From NCBI RefSeq assembly GCF_009914755.1, contig NC_060935.1: a stretch of DNA of 64,000 bases; one strand, given 5' to 3'. The notes under the pieces were generated by a model, which ran no database searches, was not told the origin of the DNA, and was given only the letters and a program-made list of their open reading frames with translations. This DNA comes from the human T2T-CHM13v2.0 reference genome, Homo sapiens. Made by a program: the position numbers and the translations under genes. Within the stretch, counting starts at the first letter, position 1. Each line of letters begins with the position of its first letter. Positions 41,104-54,000 of the stretch are shown here, in pieces.

Positions 41104-42930
41104 ATTTTTAAAGTCTACAGCAAATATTATACTTAGTGGTAATATGTTGAAAGTTTTCCTATTAAGGTTAAGAAGCTGTACTGGCAATCCTAGCTACTAT
41201 CTGATCATTTCTGATAATGATCAGAAATGAAGAAATAAAAGTTTCATTATCCCAAAAAAGAAAAAAAAACAAAAAGGTGGTCAGAGAATGCTCCCAACCC
41301 CCACCCCGTGTGCCTCAGCAAGGAGGAGCAAATAGCCACAGTGAGTTGCCTATGGATGGAATCACTGGGCTGGGAGCTGAGGGTGGCCTTCAGTTCTGAG
41401 AGCAACCTCAAGCCAACAGTCAGCAGAAAATAGGGACGACCGCAGCAAAGTGAATTCTGCAAACAACCCAGATGAGCTTAGGAAGGGACCCTCAGCCTCA
41501 GTGAGATCACAGCTCTGGCTAACACCTTGCTTTCATGCTCGTGAGACTCTGAGCAAAGAACCCAACTACATCATGCCTGGACTTCTGACCCGTAGAAGCT
41601 GTGAGATAATAAACAAGCATTGTTTAAAGCCAGTAAGTTTCACAATGTGTTATGCAGCAAGAGAAAACAAACACTCTATTCTGTAAGGTGGAAATAATAC
41701 CTTCCTCGTAAGTGCTTGTGAGGATCCAACGGTGTGGTGTCTGTTACATGCTCAGCACAGAGCCCAGCACATACTAGATGTTCAATCATCATTTTAAAAC
41801 AAAGATAGTAACAACATATACTATTTGAGATTATTGTGAGGATGAAAAGGCAAAAATGCATGTAAAATGCTCAAAAACATTCGTGCCCACAAAGATGACA
41901 ACTATGATTGAAGCATAGGACAGGCCATGAGAGGTGACAGCAAAGTTATATAAGATCATATGTTCCTTTCCAGCCACAGCCTTCCTCCTGCCCAGGAGGA
42001 CCTTGAGCTCCCTCTCACAGCACACTTGATTGCTACCCGCCACTGCCGGATGCCTTCCAGGAGCCTGATCACTTCTATTCTTTTGTACATCTTTTTCTCA
42101 CTCTTTTAGGACTGTCCCTGGGTGTGCCTTAGGATTAAGGTGTGCTGATGGGGATTTCCACCTTGTGAAAAAAAAGAAACTTCTCAAGAGTAGATTAACA
42201 AATTTAACCTCCTGGAAGTAAGAAGGTCTTACCAAGTTTCCAAATTCTACTCACCAGAAGGTCAAAGCCTCGTTGACAGTTCATCATGATTTTATTCCAT
42301 TGCAAGCATTTATTGTGGGCCAACCACATGTTGAGCCTGTGCTAGGCGTTGAGAATAAGACAGCAGCCCTGGACACAAGAAGCTCCCAGTGTGTTATGGG
42401 TGCAAACAGATAATGACAATGATAAAATTTCCATCAGGGACCCAGCCTTGCACTGGAATCCTGCAGACCTATGTAGCTGTGCATATCAAAGGAGAGACAA
42501 TGACTATTTCTTTGGGGCAGACATCGGATGCCCAGTTATAAGATTTTCAAGTAGTTCATTATCAAGACTGCCTGCTAATTCTAAGGAAGCAACCACCCAC
42601 TTAGGGGAAGAACACACCCTGAATGAAGATAGAGTACCTGAATCAGGTGTACCTGTGGATCCAAGGAGGAGAAAGTCAGCAGGAAGAAAATACTGAGAGC
42701 CACACTGTGTGAGCACTCACCATCTCCTACCCCTGGCAAAAAATAAAGAGGAAAAAACTTGTGTGGAAGTCTCAGAGAGGGACATTCTGGCAAATTTATT
42801 CAAAAGTCCAAGGGATTACTAAGTACCTGGACATTGTAGATTACAAATGCAGGGTGGGGAGCGCGGGGCGGGGGGCAGGTTGCAATTTTAAGTAAGCGGT
42901 TAGTGTGGTCTCATCAAGAAAGTGAGACTT

Positions 42931-43309
<379 letters not shown>

Positions 43310-43555
43310 TCAGCCAAGGAAATAGCTAGAACAAAGGCCCCAGGGCAGAACCTCATCTGGGAGCAGCAAGAAGGTCATTGATGCTAAAGCAGAGTGAGCC
43401 ACAGTGAGGATAGTAGCATATAAGGTAAAAGCAGGGAGGAGGGAGGGCTTCAGCTTTCACTCCAAGGGGAATAGGGAGCCACTGCAGAGTTTTGAGCAGG
43501 GGAGTGACGTAATCTTTCTTAGGCTTTAAAAAGATCCTTGTGGTTGTTATAACGG

Positions 43556-43911
43556 TGATATGGTTTGGCTGAGTCCCCACCCAAATCTTACCTTGAATTG
43601 TAATAATCCCCACATGTCAAGGGCAGAACCAGACAGAGATAGTTGAATCATGGGGGCAGATTCCCTCATACTGTTCTCATGGTAGTGAATAAGTCTCATG
43701 AGATCTGATGGTTTTATAAATGTGGGTTCCCCTGCACAAACTTTCTCTTGCCTGCCATCATGTAAGATGTGACTTTGTCCCTCCTTGCCTTCCGTCATGA
43801 TTGTGAGGCCTCCGCAGCCATGTGGAACTGTGAATCAATTAAACCTCTTTCCTTATAAATTACCCAGTCTCAGGTATGTCTTTATTAGCAACGTGAGAAC
43901 AGACTAATACA
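43556..43911 (+). mobile_element. THE1 (THE1C-like) solo LTR
   Basis: tgatatggtttggctg...gagaacagactaataca. TSD aacgg/aatgg. Confidence 0.95.
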
Positions 43912-45129
43912 AATGGGAATGAGAGGAATAGTAGAATCAGAAAGACCTATTAAGAGGGTACTACAGTGACTCAGGTGTGAGATGAAGGTGGCTCCAACCA
44001 CAGTGGGAGCAGTGGAAGCATGAGAAATGGTCAGATTCCATATATATATATATATATTTTAACGTAGAGCCAAAAGTAGAGTATTTCCTGGTAAACTGAA
44101 GTGTGTGAGAGAAAGGAGAAAAAGATGACTACATTTTTTGGCCTAAGGAGCAACTAGAAGGTTGGAGTTGTCATCAGCAGAGACAGAAAAGGCCATAGGT
44201 AGAGCAGATTTGGAATGGGTTGAGGGAGGGGGTCAGCGGTTCTGTTTGGGGCAGGTTGAGCCTGAGAAGTCTACCAGAATTCAGGCAAATGCAAGAAGGT
44301 TGTGCACTTCTAAATAGGTCAGAGAAGGCTTACCGAAGCTATTGGATATGCGAGTCTGAAGTTCAGGAGAGAGGTAAACATTGAGGTCATCAGTATACAG
44401 CTGATATTTCAAGTCGCAAGACTAAGTGAGATCATATAGAGAAGATGAACAAAGCCACCATTAGGAGGCCTAGCAAAAGAGATGAGAAAGCAAAGGAGGT
44501 GAGGGAGAATCGTCTGGGCAGATCATCTGGGAGAGCGAGTGGCACCACCTGAATCAAAACATTGCTGATAGGTCAAGCAAGATGCAGGCTGAATACTGTC
44601 CACGAGATCTAGCCATGAGGGAGTCACTGGTTACCTTGACAAGAACGGTTTCAGCATGGTGGTGGGGAGAAGGCCTTATTGGCTGGTGCCAACTCTTTTG
44701 AGGACTTTTCCGTAGTAAGAAGCAAAGATATGGCAGGAGATTAAAAGAGAAATGGGATCAAGAGAAGGATTTTCTTCCCATTGGAGCATAATAGCAATAC
44801 GTTTATATGCAGACTGAAATGGTCCAATATAGTGCTAAAAGTTGATGATATGTACGAGAGGAAAGAACCGCAGGAGGTGAGAGGGGGAGGAATGCACACC
44901 CTGGTGGAGGAGTTGGCTTTGGAGAGCAGCACAGACAGTTCATCCACAGTATCATGCGGGAAAGGCAGAGCATGAATGGGCAGATGCTGGTAGTTGGTAG
45001 ATGCAGTGGTAGAAGTTTGTGGAAGTCCTCCTTTGACTGTCTCCATTTTCTCAATGAAGTAGGAAGTAGGAGAGGTGTCTTGTGAGAAACCTTAGGGCTT
45101 GCTGCCATCATTGACAGGGTGTTCACACA

Positions 45130-45345
45130 CATATTTATCAAGCTTTTGCTCCCGGCCACATACTGAGCTCTTGACATGCAGCATCTTCACAACAGTCTCC
45201 AGATTTTAGTCACTATATACCCTTTAAAGATGGAGAAATGAGGCTCCAAATGATTAAGCAAATTGCCCTTATCACCTGGCTGATAAGGCTAGAGCCAGGA
45301 TTCAAACAGCAGCCTGACGCGCTGCAAATCCTGTGCTCGTAACTG
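45130..45345 (-). mobile_element. MIR
   Basis: aaagatggagaaatgaggctccaaatgattaagcaaattgccc...gagccaggattcaaac. Confidence 0.75.
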
Positions 45346-45660
45346 GGGTGGGAGTGGAGGGCAGAAGCAAGGGAGGTGCGTGGAGAGAAGAAACTTGCCC
45401 TGCCCCAAGGCGGTGATGGGCCAGAAGGAGGGGACTGGCTTGGCTGCCTCAAAGACCTGTGAATGAAGGACTTAGTCAGTGAGTTGCTCAGATGTTCCCC
45501 ACACCTGCCAGGTCCCTTTTGGGGGCTCTCACCATGTTTTACACATATCTTAATTAAATACAGTGCTTCTCATGGTCTATTAGACTCTATTACCATGTGC
45601 CTCAGCCTTCCCTCAACCACGTCAGCCAGATGCAGGATATCTGAGAAACATAGGTATTTC

Positions 45661-46394
<734 letters not shown>

Positions 46395-48445
46395 ATGAGT
46401 CTAAACGTGTAACTCATAGCCTGCACAAGTCACACCTCCAGTACACTAGTTTGCAAGTCCTTATGGTCTTCATTCATTCATGCGGGAGTCTGGGCTTTAG
46501 GAACCAGCCTTGGTCTGGGAGTCGTTTTCCCGCCTCCCCTACAATGTTTATTTTATTTAATGGATGTGTTATTTTGCCCAGAAAGCCTGCAGAATGTCTG
46601 AAATGAAAAAGGATTTTGTGTCTAAACCACTGTGTGCTCCGGGAGGTGTGGGAGGTGCGGGAGGGTGTGGGGAGTGGGATGGGGTGGAGACGGGACTGGT
46701 CCCCTCCATTTTCCCAGCATCTTTTCCACTCCTTCCCTGGCCAGGATATAACAGATGTATGGGGTGAGCCCTGGTAGGTTGTGGGGATTTTCCTGACAAA
46801 CTTTGTTAGCAGGGCTATTTAAATCATTCTAATTACTCCAGAAACACCCCATTAAGTTTCCCAGTGAGGCATGCCGAGGAAAAGGGCGAGGAGAAATTAA
46901 GGAGAGGCTGAACGAGAAAAACTGCCACAGACCTGCCATTCGGCTCCTGCAGCCCCAGGTAAAGTTTGCTTAAAACAAGGAGGCAGGGGAGGGAGCCAAG
47001 GGCAAAAGAGAAAATAAACAGATAGTGTCAGGTCCTGCCATTAGAAATGCAAAATTCATTAGACAAACATTGATTGCAAAGAATTGATTTCGTAGTGATT
47101 TGATTGTCAGGCATACACTACATCCAAGGAAATTTTTCATTATAATTCAGAATTTGTTAAAAAGAAGCAAAGACAGGAAGGCAGTGGAGCAAGGACGTGC
47201 TGCGGCGAATACCTGCTGTCGGGGACCCACACCTGGCCTGGGAGCTGCCTTGCAAGACGACCCTATTATTGCACCAAGGAACTAGTGATCTGCTTGTTGC
47301 TGCCACAGCACATATCAGTCTGTGTACTCTGTGAAGAGGCATAGACCCCTGGGACATGACCCCATCATATGGGCTGGTTGGGACAGTTTCTCTGTTGCTT
47401 CCACCTCCCAGTTGGAGAGACCACACTCCAGCCTAGGTACCCCTCTACTGTTCCTCCCTCTTCCCCTGAAGAGCAACTGTGCAGCTGAGTCTGGGGCCAG
47501 ATAAAGAACAGGGGCTTCTGATGACCAAGGATGCCCAGCTGAATGCTGCCCTGGCCCAGCAGCCCGTTCCTCAGAGGGCTTTGCTAAGCTTTGCTCCCTC
47601 TCACTGCACACCCTGCCTGTGGTCCTGGGGCTTCTCCCCTCTTCTCTCTCATCCTACTGCTACTTCTCACTCCTCTAGGTCCCTGGAAAAGCCAGGTCCT
47701 TCCAGTTTGGAATCCCAGTGTATTCCTTCTGGCTTCCAGTCTTGACTTCACCTTTCTCACCAACATGGATTTGCTAGAAAAAAACTTGACATTTCTCTGT
47801 CCCATCTTTGCAGCCCTTGACAAAAGCCAGGCCCCTCAGCTGACTCTGAAAATGGCTTCCTATCCGCTGAAATCACTTGGATATTTTCTAGCTTATTATT
47901 GAGCAATTTATTCTAGCAGGCTCTGTCCCCTTCCTTGCACATGAGTTCTGCCATCATCTACCCTCCTGCCTCCTGTCCCTTTTCTTGCCTGGTACTGTTT
48001 CCTCTCGCCTCTCTTTTACCAAACACCAACCACTAGCTTTTCCCAGCCCTGCTCCTTTAATCCCCTGGACAACTGGCTGAGTGTAGGATCTTCTCCATCA
48101 CTCAGGGCTTAAACGTCATCTCCCTTTTCAAGGTTTCCTGACCTCTTACCCTAGATCCTCCTCTATAAAATGAAGTGATGATAACAACTTGCCTATCCAC
48201 CACAGAGGATCAGATATAATCATACCATGTAAGTGCTTTGCAAACCGAAAGGGCTACTCAAATGTAAGCTGCGTTATGTCTCCAGTTGAGGGATTCACAA
48301 TACAATTTGCATTTTGAAAGCAATCCTTAGTTATTAAATATTTAAGAAATACTTTTGGCCAGTGATTCTCAAGCCTAGATGAAAAATAGTGATTCCATTG
48401 TTCTGGGTTGAGACTTGAGTAAAGGATCTTTGAAAGTCCCCAGGT

Positions 48446-50185
48446 CCTGGTCCCGGTCCCTCTCCCTCTCCCTCTCCCCACGGTCTCCCTCTCCCTCTCT
48501 TTCCACGGTCTCCCTCTGATGCTGAGCCGAAGCTGGACTGTACTGCCGCCATCTCTGCTCACTGCAACCTCACTGCCTGATTCTCCTGCCTCAACCTGCC
48601 GAGTGCCTGCGATTGCAGGCGCGCGCCGCCATGCCTGACTGGTTTTCGTATTTTTTTGGTGGAGACGGGGTTTCGCTGTGTTGGCCGGGCTGGTCTCCAG
48701 CTCCTAACCGCGAGTGATCTGCCAGCCTCGGCCTCCCAAGGTGCGGGGATTGCAGATGGAGTCTCGTTCACTCAGTGCTCAATGTTGCCCAGGCTGGAGT
48801 GCAGTGGCGTGATCTCGGCTCACTACAACCTCCACCTCCCAGCCGCCTGCCTTGGCCTCCCAAAGGGCCGAGATTGCAGCCTCTGCCCAGCCGCCACCCC
48901 GTCTGGGAAGTGAGGAGCGTCTCTGCCTGGCCGCCCATCGTCTGGGATGTGAGGAGCCCCTCTGCCCGGCTGCCCAGTCTGGGAAGTGAGGAGCACCTCT
49001 TCCCGGCCGCCATCCCGCACCTCTTCCCGGCCGCCATCCCGTCTGGGAAGTGAGGAGCGTCTCTGTCCTGCCGCCCATCGTCTGAGATGTGGGGAGCGCC
49101 TCTGCCCCGCCGCCCCGTCTGGGATGTGAGGAGCGCCTCTGCCCATCCGCGACCCTGTCTGGGAGGTGAGGAGCGTCTCCGCCCGGGCAGCCGCCCCGTC
49201 TGAGAAGTGAGGAGCCCCTCCGCCCGGCAGCCGCCCCGTCTGAGAAGTGAGGAGCCCCTCCGCCCGGCAGCCGCCCCGTCTGGGAAGTGAGGAGCCCCTC
49301 CGCCCGGCAGCCGCCCCGTCTGGGAAGTGAGGAGCCCCTCCGCCCAGCAGCCGCCCCATCTGGGAAGTGAGGAGCGTCTCTGCCCGGCAGCCACCCCGTC
49401 TGGGAGGTGGGGGAGCAGCCCCCGCCCGGCCAGCCGCCCCGTCCGGGAGGGAGGTGGGGGGTCAGCCCCCCCACCCGGCAGCCGCCCCATCCGGGAGGGA
49501 GGTGGGGGGCAGCCTCCGCCCGGCCGCCGCCCCATCCGGGAGGTGGGGGGCACCTCTGCCCGGCCGCCCCTTCTGGGAAGTGAGGAGCCCCTCTGCCCGG
49601 CCGCCACCCCGTCTGGGAGGTATACCCAACAGCTCATTGAGAACGGGCCATGATGACGATGGCGGTTTTGTCGAATAGAAAAGGGGGAAATGTGGGGAAA
49701 AGATAGAGAAATCAGATTGTCGCTGTGTCTGTGTAGAAAGAAGTAGACATAGGAGACTCCATTTTGTTCTGTACTAAGAAAAATTCTTCTGCCTTGGGAT
49801 GCTGTTGATCTATGACCTTACCCCCAACCCGGTGCTCTCTGAAACATGTGCTGTGTCCACTCAGGGTTAAATGGATTAAGGGCGGTGCAAGATGTGCTTT
49901 GTTAAACAGATGCTTGAAGGCAGCATGCTGGTTAAGAGTCATCACCACTCCCTAATCTCAAGTACCCAGGGACACAAACACTGCGGAAGGCCCCAGGGTC
50001 CTCTGCCTAGGAAAACCAGAGACCTTTGTTCACTTGTTTATCTGCTGACCTTCCCTCCACTATTGTCCTATGACCCTGCCAAATCCCCCTCTGCGAGAAA
50101 CACCCAAGAATGATCAATTTAAAAAAAAAAAAAAAAAAAAAGAAGTTACAGGAAGGACGCACTTAAAAAAAAAAAAAGAAAGAAA
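48446..50185 (+). mobile_element. Full-length SVA (SVA_B/C-like) with short 3' transduction, inserted in a MER5-like element
   Basis: CCCTCT hexamers (about 48446-48500), antisense Alu-like region (to about 48880), GC-rich VNTR (to about 49620), SINE-R (to 50120), then two A tails. TSD gaaagtccccaggt at 48432-48445 and 50186-50199. Confidence 0.98.
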
Positions 50186-50679
50186 GAAAGTCCCCAGGTA
50201 ATGCAAATTTTCAGCCAGGGTTGGGAATCAATGATTTGTACTTGACTTTCACGTTATTATGGAGCCATCAGCTATCTATCCACTTGGTCCAGGAATAAAC
50301 TCCCCTTCACCTACTTTCCTTCCTTATTTTTTTCACCCACAGTGGGTCTTTGGGAAGAGATGTGTAAAGGAGATGAGTCCTAGAATTTGAGAGACTGAAG
50401 ACGGACCTTGGGAAGATAATCCACCCCCCTCTGAAGTTTCACTTCCTAGGGGGCACCCACAGAGGAAGAGGGAAGCTCTCCTCCTCCTTCTAACAGCAAC
50501 ACAGCTGCAGGGATGCAACAACTAAGCCCCTGCTTCCTGTTTCCTCTTTTAGACATCTTGCCTGCCTCACCCTTGTCCTGGCCCTGCCTCTTCCTCTTCC
50601 TAACATTCAAATCTGACTCTAGTGTTGACTTTATTCAGTCATCCATGTGTGAGACCCAACCTTTGCTAACAGGTGGCAA

Positions 50680-50850
50680 CCTCTTTCATGAAATATAAGG
50701 TGCCATCATTTGTAAAATGCACCATCATGCTATGTATCACTAAGAAAGAAATGCGTGTTGTCAAATAAACTGTGAGATGGCATTGATAGTAAGATGCATT
50801 TCGACTTCAGGGACGCTAAAATGTGAACCAATGTAGAATTGATGAAACAC
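50680..50850. mobile_element. Old TcMar/Tigger-type MITE (a related fragment lies at about 55325-55460)
   Basis: tgtaaaatgcaccatcatgctatgtatcactaagaaagaa...gtaagatgcatttcgacttcagggacgctaaaatgtg. Confidence 0.5.
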
Positions 50851-51229
50851 AAATTCCACTCACTGATTCCACCTCTTGTCCCCCCACCTCTTGTCCGCCA
50901 TCATGTATTTGATGTTCATCAGCTGCTTCTCTGGGACTGAGTCACCTCAGACCTCTAGTTTCCCCTCACTCTGAAATTCCTGACTCCCTCTAGCTGTTGG
51001 CTAAAAAGAGAAGAAGAAAAGTATTCCTGTTCTCAATCCTCTCAGCCTTCTCCATCCTAAAGAGCTGGTCTGGTGAAAACCTTGAAACCAGGGAAGGCTG
51101 GGTCCAAGGGGCCAAGGAGTCAAGGGGTGTGGGGGAATATTTGCAAAGGGAAAGGTCCTTTTGTCCCAGACAAAGCCCCATTGGAGCAGCCTTTGTCCCC
51201 ACCATAATGCACTGGCAGGAGCCACCACC

Positions 51230-51750
51230 ACTCAGGCAGTATTCACGGGAACATGCATACTAAATGCCAAACACTGAGCTGAATGCTGGGGGCACAATGG
51301 TAGCTAAGACTTGCTCCCTGACCTCAGGCATCCATCTAAGTCTAGACAGCTGCCAACTCTAAACATGTGTAAGTTCTCTATGATGGGGCATGATCTAAAT
51401 GAGGGAGTTGCTAACTCTGGTTGAGGCTGGGGTGAAAGTCAGGAAAGATGTCACAGAAGTGACAACAAGCCACGTCTAAAAATATAAAGAGAAAACTAAC
51501 AAGCCAAGAAGAGGGGGTATTCCAGGCAAAGGGAAAAGCATAAACAAAGAAACCCAGGTATAAAAAGTCAAGCATATTGAGGAGCTGCAATGGTCCCAGG
51601 TGCGTCATGAGGGGTCGTATTGGGAGAATGGCAAGGGATACAATGGAGCCTGGTTGTGAACATCCTGAATGATAAGCTACAGAGTTAAGACTCTGGCCCT
51701 CACAATAGGGAGTCATGAAAGGTGTTTGAGCAGAAGCGTAGCATGCCTTC
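51230..51750 (-). mobile_element. L2 fragment
   Basis: gtattccaggcaaagggaaaagc...gggagtcatgaaaggtgtttgagcag. Confidence 0.72.
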
Positions 51751-52497
51751 TATGCATGCATGTAGCTTACTTGGTGGCTTAGGACTTCTGTTAACTGAAT
51801 AGATCTTGGTGACCTTCTGACCCATGGCCTCCTCATATTACCATGTTGTTTCATAGGCTCTACCCCACTTCTGCTTCTGGAAGAGCTGAAATTCCAAGAA
51901 TGTCATAGATACATTAGAGGGCTTACCTTGGGGGAAATCCTCGGAAGCAATTAATGAGATCATTAGCCCTAACCCAGGTTGCAGCAACAGAATCTACTCC
52001 CTGCTGCAGCTCATGGGGCTGGGGTCTGGAAGACCTCTTATCAGGACCATTTGGGAAGAGGAAAGGGTTCCAAGGTGGGAGGGAGTTTGATGAGAGAAGT
52101 CAAATATGAGCTCCTGGTCAGCAAATGTCACATAGATCAATCCTCCAAGGGACAAAGCCATTGGCCTGAAGAGATGATATGTGCAGGGAAAGCTGTCTCT
52201 ATCCACGGTCTTAAATGATGATTCTCAGGCATTGTGAGTAAAAGCCAGTGATCCTTCTGAGGAGTGAAATTTGCTAAAAGGACAGCCAGAATTGCTGTAA
52301 TGAGCACATCCATTAATTTTATTCTACACTGCAGGAATAGTCGCCATGACGACTCAGGCTTTCCCACTAGGGTTGAGATGCTCCTGGGGATCAAGAGGGA
52401 CCCCAGTCTTGGGCACCCTGTGTTTGAAGACAAGGTCAGCGAGAAGGGACTTGGGAGTTTTTTCATGAGAGTCATTTCCTGACAAAGAAAGAGGCAG

Positions 52498-52919
52498 TGT
52501 ATTAATTAAGATAATGCTAGCTGCTGACACAAATAAACGCAAAATCTCAGTGGTTCTACCCAATGGAAGTTTTATTTCTTCCTCTCATAGGAAAGTGCTA
52601 TGCTTCAAGGAGTCAATTAAGAACCCAGACTGATAAAACTTTGCTGCCATCAACATGTGGTTACCCCATGACCACCCTGGGCACTAACTTCCAGCCAGCA
52701 AGTAGGGGAAGGCAGGGAATCCATGCCCAGAAGGGCATCATGAACAAGGCCTGGAACTGGTATAGGTCAACCACCTCCTCCCACATCCTCAACATTCTAT
52801 GTTCAGAGCTCAGTCACATGGCCCACGTAGGTGCAAGGAATGATGGAAGCCCCTATCCTGGGGATTCATACTGTAGAAGCGAAACCTCAGTCTTGCTAGA
52901 CAGTAAGCCATCTGCCCCA
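52498..52919 (-). mobile_element. MLT1K-like LTR
   Basis: tgtattaattaagataatgctagctgctgacacaaataaacgcaaaatctcagtggtt...ctcagtcacatggccc...tgcaagg. Confidence 0.75.
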
Positions 52920-53514
52920 GGAAGCCCAACGTAAATGAGGGAAAAAGAACTGGGTTGAGAGTCCAAGAGTGCCACGTCCACTCTAAGCTCTCTCACCATC
53001 AAAATGTGTAATCTCTAAGTCCCTTTCCTCCTGGGCCTCGGTGCCTTCACCCCTATAATAGTGGGGGGTGGATTTAATAGTCTCTGGAAGCCTTTGACCA
53101 TAATGCTGAGGTTCAGGCTGCACTGTGGGAAAGAAAGAGTTACCCAAGTTCCACCCAGCGAGCCACCTTCTGGGCACAGAGTCACACTTCTTCAGGAAGA
53201 CTGCACCAGGCCACAGTCTCACTCCCAACTTGACATCATATAAATGGGGCCCCAGAGAGGCTGGAAATTGAACAGTCCCCACAGGAGAGGAAACATGAAA
53301 GGTTACATGATTCGAGCCCACACGGGGGTCCAAGTGACCTTTCCTTGAGTGGAAAGACACAGGTTGCCGGTCCAGTGACCAATAAGGCAGACAGCACCAG
53401 GAGCTGGACTGCCCCCAGGGACCACAAGGATGGAGTAGGAGGGCTCATTCTGCCAGAGTCACAAAGGTGAGCACACTGAGTGCAGGCAGGAAATGCTGGA
53501 GCTATATGGAAATA

Positions 53515-54000
53515 GACACACAACCCATCCGTTACCACAAACACACAGAGAATTTACATGGCATTTACATATCCACAGTCAGGTACACATTGTAAATGCA
53601 CACACAGGGATGTACATACATACATAAGTGCACATAGATGGGTACACAGTCAGTACATACTTGCCTGGGGCAGACAAGGGTGGACTTGTAGATACAGTTG
53701 TTTGTGAATGGGTATACACACTTATATACGCACGGGGGCATTTGGATATTGCACCAGGACCCATGGTGGATACACAATTAGGTATATGTAAATGGATACA
53801 TCAGCTCATTTACACAGAATTCACAGCATTCTCATGGTTATACACAGATAGAAACCCACCCAGGAATACATACACGGGAACACACGGACGCAGCCACCCA
53901 TACATGACTAAGATCATGGGACTATCCACACATATACGTAGAGCACACACAGGTGAACGCCTCACAGTTAACCACATAATCCCAGGATGCACACAAATGG
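53515..54000. repeat. Degenerate CA/TA-rich low-complexity region
   Basis: Dense acac/atac motifs. Similar tracts at about 54790-54970 and 55555-55800. Confidence 0.6.

Larger units (their letters stand above)
39710..41673 (+). mobile_element. MLT1 (MLT1F-like) LTR split by two L1 insertions and itself inside a MIR
   Basis: 5' part ttctaagatggttccc...gttgactttgtgttaatcaaaagggag...tgacctaatcagg. 3' part ggacttctgacccgtagaagctgtgagataataaac...gttatgcagcaagagaaaac. MIR halves at about 39630-39709 and 41674-41790. Confidence 0.82.

Noticed and set aside
48880-49620. Regularly spaced ~40-bp repeats resembling a CRISPR array
   Set aside because: This is the SVA VNTR: no unique spacers, no cas genes, eukaryotic context.
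48768-49678. Long GC-rich ORFs (289, 231 and 178 aa) and CpG-island-like composition
   Set aside because: They lie entirely within the SVA Alu-like and VNTR regions; the peptides are repetitive and not from a gene.
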